Of a DNA stretch of 32,000 nt, positions 8,291-18,010 are shown piece after piece. The notes below the pieces were generated by a model, which had not been told where the DNA came from, did not search any database, and saw only the letters and a program-made list of their open reading frames with translations. Both the position numbers and the translations under genes were made by a program. Each line of letters opens with the position of its first letter. Position 1 is the first letter of the stretch. Source of the DNA: Delftia acidovorans NBRC 14950 (GTDB lineage Bacteria > Pseudomonadota > Gammaproteobacteria > Burkholderiales > Burkholderiaceae_C); NCBI RefSeq assembly GCF_001598795.1, contig NZ_BCZP01000024.1, positions 54,810 to 86,809 on the forward strand, in the 5' to 3' direction.

Positions 8291-9274
8291 ATGAAGCATT
8301 CCCCGTTGCGCAGGGCCCTGGCCCTTGGCGCTATCAGCACCATTGCGGCCGTGGCCGCGCCCTCCGTGTTGGCGCAGGGGGGTTACCCCTCCAATCCCAT
8401 CACCCTGGTCGTGCCGTTCGCGGCCGGCAGCGGCACGGACGCCGTGGCGCGCCTGGTGGCTACCCGGCTGGGCGAGCGGCTCAAGCAGCCCGTGATCGTG
8501 GACAACAAGGCCGGCGCCAATGCCCAGATTGCCGCCAACCATGTGGCCAAGGCCAAGCCGGACGGCTACACGCTGTTCATGACCACCAACACCTCGCACT
8601 CGGCCAACCCCTGGCTGGTCAAGGGCCTGAAGTACGACCCCGTCAAGGATTTCACGCCCGTGGCGCGCGTGGGCGAGCTGCCGTTCGCGCTGCTGGTCCA
8701 CCCCTCCGTTCCCGCCAAGACCGTGCAGGAACTCATCGACTACGCCAAGGCCAATCCCGACCGCCTGTCCTACGGCACGCCCAACAGCACCTCGCTGGTG
8801 GCCTCGGAGACCTTCAAGTACGTCACGCACGCCCAGATCACCTCGGTGCCCTACAAGTCCAGCCCCCAGGCGCTGACCGACCTCATGGGCAACCAGATCC
8901 AGGTCTACGTGGCCGACCTGGGCTCGGCCTGGGGCACGATCAAGACCGACCGCGTTCGCACCCTGGCCGTCACGGCGGCCAAGGGCTCCACCCTGCTGCC
9001 CAATGTGCCGGCCATCGGCAAGACGCTGCCGGGCTTCGACATCACCTCGTGGAACGGCATCTTCGGCCCGGCCGGCATGCCGGCCGAGATCACCGAGCGG
9101 CTGAACACCGAGCTGCAGGCGATCCTCAAGGACAAGGCCGTGCAGGAGCAATTGGCCCAGGTCGGCTTCGAGGTCTGGCCCACGGCCACGCCCGCCGAGT
9201 TCGCCACCTATGTGAAGGACCAGATGGCCCGCTGGGGGCAACTGGTCAAGCAGGCCGGCATCGAGACGCAGTGA
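8291..9274 (+). CDS. Tripartite tricarboxylate transporter substrate-binding protein (Bug/TctC family)
   Basis: The signal peptide ends VLAQG. It is followed by the hallmark YPSNPITLVVPFAAGSGTDAVARLV. An AGGAG Shine-Dalgarno lies 8 nt upstream of the ATG. Confidence 0.9.
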   Translation: MKHSPLRRALALGAISTIAAVAAPSVLAQGGYPSNPITLVVPFAAGSGTDAVARLVATRLGERLKQPVIVDNKAGANAQIAANHVAKAKPDGYTLFMTTNTSHSANPWLVKGLKYDPVKDFTPVARVGELPFALLVHPSVPAKTVQELIDYAKANPDRLSYGTPNSTSLVASETFKYVTHAQITSVPYKSSPQALTDLMGNQIQVYVADLGSAWGTIKTDRVRTLAVTAAKGSTLLPNVPAIGKTLPGFDITSWNGIFGPAGMPAEITERLNTELQAILKDKAVQEQLAQVGFEVWPTATPAEFATYVKDQMARWGQLVKQAGIETQ

Positions 9275-9285
9275 GGGAGACCGGC

Positions 9286-10590
9286 ATGCAAGAAGCGCAG
9301 CAGGGGCAGCAGGGACAGCAAGGCCCTCTTGCCGGAGTGAAGGTGCTGGACATGACCTCGGTGGTCATGGGCCCCTTTGCCACCCAGATCCTTGCGGGCC
9401 TGGGGGCCGAGGTGATCAAGGTCGAATCGCCCGAGGGCGACAACATGCGCCACGTCGGCCCCATGCGCAACCCCGCCATGGGCCACATCTTCCTGCAGGC
9501 CAACCAGGGCAAGCGCTCCGTGGTGCTGGACCTCAAGCAGGGCGCCGCGCGCGAGGCCCTACTGCGCCTGGCCGAAGGCTGCGACGTGCTGGTCAGCAAC
9601 GTGCGGCCCCAGGCCATGGCACGTCTGGGCCTGGCCTACGAGGACTTGGCGGCGCGCAACCCGCGCATCATCCACGTGAGCTGCTGCGGCTTCGACCAGC
9701 GCGGCCCCCATGCGGCCCGGCCCGCCTATGACGACCTCATCCAGGGCGCCACCGGCGTGCCCTGGCTGGCGCAGCAATACGGCGGCGGCGAGCCGGCCTA
9801 TGCCCCCATGACCCTGGGCGACCGCGTCACCGGCCTGCACGCCGTCTACGCCGTCACGGCCGCCCTCTATGCGCGCGAGAAGACCGGCAGGGGCCAGGCC
9901 GTGGTCGTGCCCATGTTCGAGGCCATGACCCAGTTCATCCTGGGCGACCACATGGCGGGCCTGTCGTTCGAGCCGCAGCTGGGCGGCCCCGGCTATGCGC
10001 GCCTGCTCACGGCCCACCGCAGGCCCTATCGCACCAGCGACGGCCACCTGTGCGTTCTCATCTACAACGACAAGCACTGGCACAGCTTCTTCAACGCCAT
10101 AGGCCAGCCCGAGCGCATGGCCGAGCCCATCTTCGCCACCCACAGCCAGCGCGCGCTGCACATCGATGCCGTCTATGCCGAAGTCTCGCGGCTGATGGCC
10201 GGGCGCACCACCGCCGAATGGCGCACGCTGCTGGACGCGGCCGACGTGCCCAACATGCCCATGGCCTCGCCCGAGGATCTGATCGCCGACCCCCAGCACC
10301 AGGCCACCGGCTTCGTGCACGAGATAGACCACCCCAGCGAAGGCCGGTTGCGCACCACGGCCAGCCCCACGCGCTGGAGCGCCACGCCGCCCGCAGAACG
10401 CGCCGCCCCCGCGCCGCGCCTGGGCGAACACACCCTGCAGGTGCTGCGCGACGCGGGCCTGACCGAGGCCGAACTGGCCGCCCTGCAGGCCAGCCGCGCC
10501 TGCAGCCAGGCTGCCGCGCTGCAAGACGCCCCACCACAAACACAAGCACAGGCACAAACAGAAGGAAACCGCCCATGCCCCGCTACCTGA
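9286..10590 (+). CDS. Family III CoA-transferase (CaiB/BaiF type)
   Basis: GVKVLDMTSVVMGPFATQILAGLGAEVIKVESPEGD is the canonical N-terminal motif of the family. The track shows one 789-aa ORF from 8221, but its first 355 codons are an out-of-frame overlap of the Bug gene. The first plausible start is ATG 9286, 12 nt after the Bug stop. Confidence 0.9.
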   Translation: MQEAQQGQQGQQGPLAGVKVLDMTSVVMGPFATQILAGLGAEVIKVESPEGDNMRHVGPMRNPAMGHIFLQANQGKRSVVLDLKQGAAREALLRLAEGCDVLVSNVRPQAMARLGLAYEDLAARNPRIIHVSCCGFDQRGPHAARPAYDDLIQGATGVPWLAQQYGGGEPAYAPMTLGDRVTGLHAVYAVTAALYAREKTGRGQAVVVPMFEAMTQFILGDHMAGLSFEPQLGGPGYARLLTAHRRPYRTSDGHLCVLIYNDKHWHSFFNAIGQPERMAEPIFATHSQRALHIDAVYAEVSRLMAGRTTAEWRTLLDAADVPNMPMASPEDLIADPQHQATGFVHEIDHPSEGRLRTTASPTRWSATPPAERAAPAPRLGEHTLQVLRDAGLTEAELAALQASRACSQAAALQDAPPQTQAQAQTEGNRPCPAT

Positions 10591-10970
10591 TCCGCGAACA
10601 AGACGTGCCCGGCTACAGCCCCGCCAACCACCACGGCACCGTCAACCGGCGCCTGGTCAGCGCCGCCAACGTGGGTGCGCGCCACATGGAGCTGGTACTG
10701 GGCACGCTGGAGCAGGGCGGCGGCGCGCTGCCCCATGCCCACCCCGGCATGGAGCAGGCCTGCTACCTGCTGGCCGGCACGGCCGAGGTGGAAATCGACA
10801 CCCCGGACGGCAAGGAACGCTTTGCCATGCAGCCCGGCGACACCTGCTTCTTCCCCGAGGACTGCATGCACATCTTCCGCGTGACCAGCGCCGAGCCCGT
10901 GCGCCTGCTGGTCTTCTACAGCCCGCCTTACGCAGAGAACCCCGAGCGCGTGCGCCGGCCGGCAGCCTGA
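10575..10970 (+). CDS. Cupin-domain protein
   Basis: The cupin motifs are GGALPHAHPGMEQACYLLAGTAEVEI and PGDTCFFPEDCMHIF. ATG 10575 overlaps the CoA-transferase 3' end by 16 nt, suggesting an operon with translational coupling. Confidence 0.7.
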   Translation: MPRYLIREQDVPGYSPANHHGTVNRRLVSAANVGARHMELVLGTLEQGGGALPHAHPGMEQACYLLAGTAEVEIDTPDGKERFAMQPGDTCFFPEDCMHIFRVTSAEPVRLLVFYSPPYAENPERVRRPAA

Positions 10971-11027
10971 GCGCCGTCACCCCACAGACACAACAAGCGA
11001 ACAGCAACAAGCAACGGAGAACACACC

Positions 11028-12191
11028 ATGGACTTTCTGTGGAACGAAGAACAGGAACAGATACGCGACGCCGTCGAGCGCGCCTGCGCACCCTTCGATG
11101 CCGACTACTGGCTGCACAAGGACCATGAAGGCGGCTTCCCGCACGACTTCCACAAGGCCCTGGCCGACGCGGGCTGGCTGGGCATTGCCATGCCCGAAGA
11201 GTTTGGCGGCGCCGGCCTGGGCATCAGCGAAGCGGCGCTGATGATGCACACCATCTCGGCCACGGGCGCGGGCCTGTCTGGCGCCTCGGCCGTGCACATG
11301 AACATCTTCGGCCTGCACCCCGTCGTCGTCTTCGGCACGGACGAGCAAAAGCGCCGCTGGCTGCCCCCGCTGATCGCGGGCACGGACAAGGCGTGCTTCG
11401 GAGTCACCGAGCCCAATGCGGGCCTCAACACCCTCAAGCTGCAGACCCGCGCCGTGCGCGATGGCGACGTCTACGTGGTCCATGGCCAGAAAGTCTTCAT
11501 CTCCACCGCCCAGGTCGCCAACAAGATCCTGCTGCTGGTGCGCACCAAGCCCGTGGAAGAGTGCAAGGGCACGGAAGGCCTGAGCCTGTTCTACACCGAC
11601 CTGGACCGCGAACGCATCGAGGTGCGCGAGATCGACAAGCTGGGCCGCAAATGCGTGGACACCAACCAGCTGTTCATCGACGGCCTGCGCATCCCCGCCG
11701 AGGACCGCATCGGCGAAGAGGGCAAGGGCTTTTCGTACATCCTGCACGGCCTCAACCCCGAGCGCATCCTCATCGCCGCCGAGGCCGTGGGCCTGGGCCG
11801 CGCAGCCCTGGCGCGAGCCACCCAGTACGCCAAGGAGCGCGTGGTCTTCGACCGCCCCATCGGCCAGAACCAGGGCATACAGCACCCGCTCGCCCAGGCC
11901 TGGATGGGGCTTGAGGCGGCCCACCTCATGGTGCAAAAGGCCGCCTTCCTCTACGACAGGGGCCTGCCCTGCGGCGCCGAGGCCAACGCCGCCAAATACC
12001 TGGCGGCCGAAGCCTGCGCCAAGGCCTGCGAAACCGCCATCTTCACGCACGGCGGCATGGGCTACGCCAAGGAATACCACGTGGAGCGCTACATGCGCGA
12101 ATCCTGGATCCCGCGCCTGGCGCCCGTCAGCCCGCAATTGATCATGTGCTTCATCGCCGAAAAGGTATTGGGCTTGCCTAAATCGTATTGA
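11028..12191 (+). CDS. Acyl-CoA dehydrogenase
   Basis: The 387 aa protein shows ACAD motifs: CFGVTEPNAGLNT, the VVHGQKVFIST middle domain, and THGGMGYAKEYHVERYMRE at the C-terminus. A GGAGA Shine-Dalgarno lies upstream. Confidence 0.9.
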   Translation: MDFLWNEEQEQIRDAVERACAPFDADYWLHKDHEGGFPHDFHKALADAGWLGIAMPEEFGGAGLGISEAALMMHTISATGAGLSGASAVHMNIFGLHPVVVFGTDEQKRRWLPPLIAGTDKACFGVTEPNAGLNTLKLQTRAVRDGDVYVVHGQKVFISTAQVANKILLLVRTKPVEECKGTEGLSLFYTDLDRERIEVREIDKLGRKCVDTNQLFIDGLRIPAEDRIGEEGKGFSYILHGLNPERILIAAEAVGLGRAALARATQYAKERVVFDRPIGQNQGIQHPLAQAWMGLEAAHLMVQKAAFLYDRGLPCGAEANAAKYLAAEACAKACETAIFTHGGMGYAKEYHVERYMRESWIPRLAPVSPQLIMCFIAEKVLGLPKSY

Positions 12192-12403
12192 CCCCCTGAG
12201 TCGCTTCGCGCCTTCCCCCTTCTCGCTGCGCGGAGGGGGACGACACCCTCGGTGCGGGGCGGCCCTTCCTCGGTGTCTCAAAGTTGAGGTGCGCGGGTTT
12301 TGTGGCTGCGAACCATCTGAAGTCCCATGATTTATCAATCTGTATTTCAGAGGTAGCCATGGTGCAAGATGCCATCTCGCTTGCTCCTCATCCGCCGCCT
12401 CTC

Positions 12404-13312
12404 ATGAAGACCCACCTGCTGCGCTATTTCGTCGCCCTGGCCGAGGAACGCCACTTCGGCCGCGCGGCCCAGCGCCTGTGCATCACCCAGCCGCCGCTGA
12501 GCATGGCGCTCAAGACCCTGGAGCAGGACCTGGGGGCCAGCCTCATGGACCGCGACGCCAAGAACGTGCGCCTCACCCCTGCGGGCGAGGCCTTTCTGGT
12601 CGAGGCACGCAAGGTGCTCGCCCAGCTGCAGCATGCGGCTGACGTGGTGCGTGGCGTGGCCGAAGGCATGCAGGGCCGGCTGGACGTGGGCATCACCGGC
12701 TCCATGGTCTACCGCCAGGTGCCCGACTTCTGCCGCGCCTTCCGCGCAGAACGCCCCCTGGTCGAAGTCTGCCTGCATGAAATGTCCACGCGCGAGCAAC
12801 TGCAGGCCATTGCCAGCGGCCAGATCGACTGCGGCTTTCTCAACATAGGCACCCCGCCAGACGGCCTGCAGACCCTGTCGATCGGCGAGGAACCCTTTGT
12901 CTGCTGCCTGCCCGCCACGCATGCGCTGGCGCAGCAGCCCGCCATCGACCTGCGCGAACTGGCCCGCGACACCTTCGTCATGTTCGCCCGCGAAGTGGCT
13001 CCGGCCAACTACGACAACGTCATCGCCTGCCTGCAGCAGGCCGGCATCCACCCCCACACACGCCACGCGGCGCGCCAGTGGCTCACCGTCATGGCCCTGG
13101 TCTCGGCAGAACAGGGCGTGGCCCTGGTGCCCAGCTGCATGCAGCGCGTGGGAATGAACGGCGTGGTGTTCGTGCCGCTGCGCGGTCCGCAGCAGGCCAT
13201 GACGCCCGCTGTCATGGCCTGGCGGGCGGACCAGCCTGCGGCGGTGCTGCAGGCTTTCATTGAGAGGGTGAGGGCGATGGCATCCACCGCCGTCAAGGGT
13301 GGTAGGGGTTGA
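12404..13312 (+). CDS. LysR-family transcriptional regulator
   Basis: The N-terminal HTH is MKTHLLRYFVALAEERHFGRAAQRLCITQPPLSMALKTLEQDLG, followed by a LysR substrate-binding domain. ATG 12404 is preferred over the longer track ORF (12284) because LysR HTH domains start within a few residues of the N-terminus. Confidence 0.9.
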   Translation: MKTHLLRYFVALAEERHFGRAAQRLCITQPPLSMALKTLEQDLGASLMDRDAKNVRLTPAGEAFLVEARKVLAQLQHAADVVRGVAEGMQGRLDVGITGSMVYRQVPDFCRAFRAERPLVEVCLHEMSTREQLQAIASGQIDCGFLNIGTPPDGLQTLSIGEEPFVCCLPATHALAQQPAIDLRELARDTFVMFAREVAPANYDNVIACLQQAGIHPHTRHAARQWLTVMALVSAEQGVALVPSCMQRVGMNGVVFVPLRGPQQAMTPAVMAWRADQPAAVLQAFIERVRAMASTAVKGGRG

Positions 13313-13613
13313 GGGCTGTCACCTCTACAGACCCTTCGCAGTAGTGCATGGCGAAAACCACCAGCTCCTTACCATTCGATTGGGTGATGGCCTCCACGTA
13401 CCAAAAAGGCACTTTTTCTCCTGGAGAAAACGTCACCTTGGTGATATCGAATGCGTACTGAGGAAACTTCTCTTTCAGTTTTTTCAGTACATTCGTTCGA
13501 ACCAGATTAAGGTCATGGTTTTCGCAAGCGGTTGCGTTTTTTGCGTCCCCGCATGCGGTGATCAGCAAGAATGCGCCAGCCAACAAACTGCGCAAAAAAC
13601 TGCATCTTGACAT
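13293..13613 (-). CDS. Small lipoprotein of unknown function (AT-rich islet)
   Basis: The 106 aa protein has the lipobox FLLITAC after a basic N-terminus (MSRCSFLRSLLAGAFLLITACGD). The DNA is visibly AT-rich. Its 3' end overlaps the convergent LysR gene by 20 bp. No family recognised. Confidence 0.55.
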   Translation of the reverse strand: MSRCSFLRSLLAGAFLLITACGDAKNATACENHDLNLVRTNVLKKLKEKFPQYAFDITKVTFSPGEKVPFWYVEAITQSNGKELVVFAMHYCEGSVEVTALNPYHP

Positions 13614-14960
13614 GGTTTTTTCATATCAGCGGCCTGTGAAGTAATTGGCCAAAGCCGTTGATGGCCGGATACTGGCTGGAATTATGCGCGGATGTGCGGC
13701 GTTGTGCGGGCACCATCATCAAAGACGGGTTGCCATGGTACTTTCTTCTGTTTTAGGCTGAAGAAGGCACCATGGCTTCCTGGTGTCATACACTTGGTTT
13801 ATTATTGCTTCAATAGATTTCCATTATCCCATTCTCACTGGCCGAGTATTTGCTTTCCGAAACTGCTCGAGCAGAAACGGCCTTTCCCCCTGTGCCGGCC
13901 AAATGGGGGTACATGTAGCACAGAACTGCGACTTGCAAATTTGCTACTGGAATGCTACCAGCCATGGTGAAACCATTGTTATAGCAATTTGGAATTCCTC
14001 GAACTCCAACGGCGAGTGAAAGATCGCCACCTCTCGCGACAGAAAAGTCAACTCCTGCACTTGCAGATACTCTTGTATATGAACCAGCACGTGGGTAAGG
14101 GTCGTAGCTTAGAGATAGAACAGGTCTGTAGTCCCATTGGCCACCAGGCATGTAATAGTAGTTGGAATGTTGCTTAAATGACATTTCCTTTTGAAGGGAA
14201 GCCGGTTCACAATGAAGGGGAATATTCCTTTCATCGCTACCAATTACCATTTTTCCAGGAGATTCTGGATTTTTGTCTCCGTATATTTCACACAACCTCT
14301 TGTTGAATTCAATTGCTTCATCATTTTGATTGGTGGTTTCGTAGAGATACGATCCATTTGATAGCTTGACTAGATTTATGGTCACAGTACCATTCATTCC
14401 AGCCATGCTGCCAGAAATACTTCTGGCGACCATTGGCATGCCGTTCTTTTCAATTTCCTCATTCCCTATCAAAAAATCTTGAGCCATTGCAGATATTGAT
14501 CCGAGAACAAGTATGGATCCGGTGAGAATTTTACTTAGCATAGTTCCCTCTGTGCTGAAATGTTAATAAGCCTTTGCTGCCATATGGCAGTGAGTGGCGC
14601 TATTAGTCTAAGTTCTTTCGCATTTTCAGATCAAGTGCAGACTGCTGTCGTTTTCTGTTTGTTCTGAAAAATAAGATACTTCCTAGGAATTGACGTGAAT
14701 TGACGATCAACGGTCTAAACACACGCATTCGGATGGCCTGATGAGCAAGGCTTGCGCTGATTCGCAGGCTTGATGAATCCGTAAGTTCCTGGTGCCGTGC
14801 ATCCGAGTGCTCTTGCCGCTTTGGCAGTGCCCCTTTGTCGTCGGCGATCGAGTCTGCCCACATAGCCACTACGAGGGCCGAGGGAGATGCGATATGGCAG
14901 GGTTTGAGCTGCGAGACAGGCGCCCGGAATCTGCGGGTCACCACGGCGCCAGCCGCGCAA
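13300..14960. other. AT-rich islet inserted between the LysR gene and the histidine kinase gene
   Basis: There is an abrupt by-eye composition change at about 13310 and again at about 14950. The islet contains only the two exported-protein genes and no mobility gene. Confidence 0.6.
13810..14541 (-). CDS. Secreted protein of unknown function (AT-rich islet)
   Basis: The 243 aa protein has a Sec signal peptide (MLSKILTGSILVLGSISAMAQD). An AGAGGGA Shine-Dalgarno lies 5 nt upstream of the ATG at 14541. No motif I can assign. Confidence 0.6.
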   Translation of the reverse strand: MLSKILTGSILVLGSISAMAQDFLIGNEEIEKNGMPMVARSISGSMAGMNGTVTINLVKLSNGSYLYETTNQNDEAIEFNKRLCEIYGDKNPESPGKMVIGSDERNIPLHCEPASLQKEMSFKQHSNYYYMPGGQWDYRPVLSLSYDPYPRAGSYTRVSASAGVDFSVARGGDLSLAVGVRGIPNCYNNGFTMAGSIPVANLQVAVLCYMYPHLAGTGGKAVSARAVSESKYSASENGIMEIY

Positions 14961-14961
14961 C

Positions 14962-17535
14962 TCAGTCCGATGGCACAGCGTCTGTACTGCCCAGAATCTC
15001 CGCCACCTTGAGCGCCAGCGCATCCAATGTGAACGGCTTGGTCAGAAGCTGCGTACCGGGGTGCAGGTTTTCCTGGCTGAGCGGAGATGCCTCGGTGAAC
15101 CCGGTGATGAAGAGCACCGGCAGGTCGGAACGGGCCAGGCGCGCCTCGTCGGCAAGCTGCTTGCCGTTCATTCCGCCGCGCAGCCTCATGTCCGTGATCA
15201 GCATGTCCACCCGGGTTCCGGCGCGCAGTACCTGCAGCGCGGCGGCTGCATCGGCCACGGCAAGCACCGTGTAGCCCAGGTCGACAAGCGCCTCGTCGAT
15301 GAGATGGCGGATCGGGGCTTCGTCATCCACGACCAGCAAGGTCCTTTGGGCAGGAACCACCACCTGCCTTGCCGCATCGACCGCGCGTTCTGCAACGGGC
15401 GCGGCGTCGCACCTGGGCAGATACAGGCAGACCGTGGTGCCCTGGCCCGGCTTGGAGAAGATCCTGACCGCTCCTCCCGATTGCCGTGCGAAACCGTAGA
15501 TCATCGACAGCCCCAACCCTGTTCCATGGCCCACCGGCTTGGTGGTGTAGAACGGCTCGAAGGCGCGCGCAATGGTCTGCTCCGACATGCCGGTACCCGT
15601 GTCGGTGACGCACAGCGACACATAGCCGCCCGGCGGAAGGTCCCACTCCCGGGCTGCCGCCTCTTCAAGCTCGATGTTGGCTGTCCTGATGGTCAGCCGG
15701 CCGCCTTCTGGCATGGCATCGCGGGCGTTGATGCACAGGTTCAGGATGGCGTTCTCCAGCTGCGTTCCATCGATTTGCACATGCCACAGATGGGCTGCCG
15801 GCACGATGTCTATGTCCACGCTGGCGCCCACCGTCCTTCGCAGCAGGTCCTCCCAATCGGCCAGGAGCGCGGCCATATCGGTGGGCTTGGAGTCCAGGAT
15901 CTGCCGGCGCGAGAACGCAAGCAGCCGCTGCGTGAGCGTGGCGGCGCGCCGCACCGCCCCCTGCGCTCCATGGATGAAGCGCGTGAGGTTGTCCACCTGG
16001 CCGCGCGCCAGCATCCGCTGCAGCAGCTCCAGATTGCCCATGACGGCCGCCAGCAGGTTGTTGAAGTCGTGCGCAAGGCCGCCCGTCAACTGGCCCACCG
16101 CCTCCATCTTCTGCGACTGGCGCAGTTGCTCCTGCGCCTTGGCCAGCGCTTCGGCCTTGGCCATTTCGGAGGTGATGTCGCGGCCCACGGCGTTGATGCG
16201 GCCTGCCGCCGAACGCGTGGACCAGGAGATCCAGCGGTAGCTACCGTCCCGATGGCGATACCGGTTGTCAAACCTGGCATGCGCCATGCCTGTGGCCAGC
16301 TCCTGCGTGTCCTGGATGGTGCGCGCCAGATCCTCCGGATGGATGAGATGAAAAAGCGTTGTGCCCAGCAGCTCGTCTTCACGCCAGCCCAATACCTCGG
16401 TCCAGGCCGGGTTGACCGCAGTGATGATGCCCTCGAACGTGCAGCGCATCATGATGTCGGATGACAGCTGCCACAGCGCGTTGCGGTCGGCCGTGCGCTC
16501 TGCCACCTGTTCCTCCAGCGTGGCATTCAAGCGCTCCAGCGCGGCCTGGGCCTGCTTGCGCTCGGTAATGTCGGAGGCCGCTCCCAGCCAGCCGGTGATG
16601 GCGCCTGCGGCATCGAACAGCGGCACGGCGCGCGAGAACGCCCAGCCCACGCTGCCATCGACCCGGTTCACCCGGTGCTCGATCACATAGTCGGTCTTCG
16701 TGCGTATGGCCCGCGCGATCTCCGCGCGCACCAGGTCGCGGTCCTCCGGGGGGATGTAGTCTTCCAGCCAGTTCGTGTTGGACGCCTGCGTGTCAGGGAT
16801 GAACCCGCCGCCTGCCAGCTGGTGCAGCTCGCTCCAGTCCGCACTGATGGAGTAGCGCACCTCCGACGAGGACCGCACCAGCGCATCCAGCCGTTCCTCG
16901 CTCTGGCGCAACATGTCCAGCGCCCGCCGTTCCGCATCGATGTCCAGAATGGCGATGGCCGTGGCCACGACTTCCTTGTCTGCATTGCGCAGCGGCACCC
17001 CGAACACGCGCGTCCATACTTCGAGCCCCTGGGGCGTGTCATAGACGCAGTCAACACCCGGCACCACCAGCTCCCCGCGGAACGCGCGGGCAGCCACAAA
17101 CTGGTCGCGGGGGACGGGCTTGCCATCCTTGTCCCAACTGCGCCAGCGCCCCCGGTCTTCCTCGGCCGACAGCAGCGAAGGGATGGGGGTCTCCGGCAGG
17201 AAATGGCGGTAGGCCGGGTTGGACATCAGCACCTTGCCGCCCTTGCTCACCAGGCACAGGCCTATCGGCAGATGCTCAATGAAATCCGAAAACAGCGTCT
17301 TTTGGTCTGCCACCTGCGCATCGAAGGGGTCCTTATCGCTGGTGCCCGCGCCCTGCACGGCGCTGGCATGGCCCGCCGTGGCAATCGCCAGCTGCGCCCG
17401 CAGCCGGGCGTTTTCAGCCCGAAGCAGGGCAATCTCGTCAGACGCTTGGATCATGGGGGAATGGGGCGGGGCGTTGGGTGGAGGAGAGGGGGCAACTCGC
17501 CGCTGGCGGGGACGGTGATGCTGCCTGGGGATCAT
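14962..17535 (-). CDS. PAS-domain hybrid sensor histidine kinase / response regulator
   Basis: Evidence along the protein:
- several PAS/PAC-like segments
- H-box: LTGGLAHDFNNLLAAVMGNLELL
- N-box: LNLCINARDAM
- G-boxes: DTGTGM and GTGLGLS
- C-terminal receiver: LLVVDDEAPIR, DMLITDMRLRGGMNG, PVLFITGF, LLTKPF

No TM segment is obvious. The start is ATG 17535, or alternatively ATG 17454. Confidence 0.9.
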   Translation of the reverse strand: MIPRQHHRPRQRRVAPSPPPNAPPHSPMIQASDEIALLRAENARLRAQLAIATAGHASAVQGAGTSDKDPFDAQVADQKTLFSDFIEHLPIGLCLVSKGGKVLMSNPAYRHFLPETPIPSLLSAEEDRGRWRSWDKDGKPVPRDQFVAARAFRGELVVPGVDCVYDTPQGLEVWTRVFGVPLRNADKEVVATAIAILDIDAERRALDMLRQSEERLDALVRSSSEVRYSISADWSELHQLAGGGFIPDTQASNTNWLEDYIPPEDRDLVRAEIARAIRTKTDYVIEHRVNRVDGSVGWAFSRAVPLFDAAGAITGWLGAASDITERKQAQAALERLNATLEEQVAERTADRNALWQLSSDIMMRCTFEGIITAVNPAWTEVLGWREDELLGTTLFHLIHPEDLARTIQDTQELATGMAHARFDNRYRHRDGSYRWISWSTRSAAGRINAVGRDITSEMAKAEALAKAQEQLRQSQKMEAVGQLTGGLAHDFNNLLAAVMGNLELLQRMLARGQVDNLTRFIHGAQGAVRRAATLTQRLLAFSRRQILDSKPTDMAALLADWEDLLRRTVGASVDIDIVPAAHLWHVQIDGTQLENAILNLCINARDAMPEGGRLTIRTANIELEEAAAREWDLPPGGYVSLCVTDTGTGMSEQTIARAFEPFYTTKPVGHGTGLGLSMIYGFARQSGGAVRIFSKPGQGTTVCLYLPRCDAAPVAERAVDAARQVVVPAQRTLLVVDDEAPIRHLIDEALVDLGYTVLAVADAAAALQVLRAGTRVDMLITDMRLRGGMNGKQLADEARLARSDLPVLFITGFTEASPLSQENLHPGTQLLTKPFTLDALALKVAEILGSTDAVPSD

Positions 17536-18010
17536 AGCTGTGACTGCTGGTGCGACCGATGTTGAGGCTGTAGTCCTCGGTGCGGCAATTCTTGTGAGCT
17601 TTCGGCCTCCCAGGGACTATTGGGTTGAATTGGCCGTGCAATGGGCTGAATTTGGGTCCCCAATGACCGATGAATCGGTCGACGAACGCTCGAAATGCGC
17701 CATTGAAAATATGGAAGTCGAGAACCTTATTGAGAAAATGGCAAAGGATGCATATTTCCGCCAATTTCTCGAATATGAATCAAACAAATCGGCAATGAAT
17801 GATCTGCCCCGTCGTGCAGGCCATGGCTGAAGGGGGGGCGGCGAGAGGGCTTCCCTGCAGGAAACGTGCCGCAGGCACCGCCGCTGCTGTGACTTTCATG
17901 TCACACAGCACAGCTGTCACGAAGAATACTTATGTGTTGCCTAGAGTTCCCGCAGCGGTGGCAGGAGGCTACCGTCATTCTCATTAATAAGTTCAGTTCG
18001 TATCTCGCCA

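Noticed and set aside
8221-9285. The N-terminal 355 codons of the 789-aa track ORF 8221..10590.
   Set aside because: This part is out of frame with the clearly real Bug/TctC gene and reads as Arg/Gly/Pro-rich noise. The CoA-transferase motif begins right after ATG 9286.
12214-12277. Hairpins after the acyl-CoA dehydrogenase gene: TCCCCCT (12214-12220) with AGGGGGA (12234-12240), then GACACC with GGTGTC. I considered them as a terminator or a REP element.
   Set aside because: No T-tract follows either stem, and I cannot test for genome-wide repetition from one window. Left as an unverified structural note.
10977-12338. A 453-aa minus-strand ORF antisense to the acyl-CoA dehydrogenase. Similar long antisense ORFs occur at 3887..4855, 8204..9241, 9559..10557, 15061..16464, 17993..19210, 19267..20298 and 30196..31785.
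   Set aside because: Each overlaps a gene with strong family motifs on the other strand. Each has a G/A/R/H/V-dominated composition without motifs. These are high-GC shadow ORFs.
14603-15023. The 113-aa and 102-aa minus-strand ORFs between the secreted-protein gene and the histidine kinase gene.
   Set aside because: They have no motifs and Arg/Ser-rich composition. They straddle the compositional junction and overlap the kinase 3' end.
17540-17830. A 96-aa plus-strand ORF in the kinase/porin intergenic region. Its distal half (from ATG 17663: MTDESVDERSKCAIENMEVENLIEKMAKDAYFRQFLEYESNK) looks mildly protein-like.
   Set aside because: It has no Shine-Dalgarno and no recognisable family, and the first half is clearly noise. 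The 55-codon distal part could be a real small protein, but I cannot support it from sequence alone.
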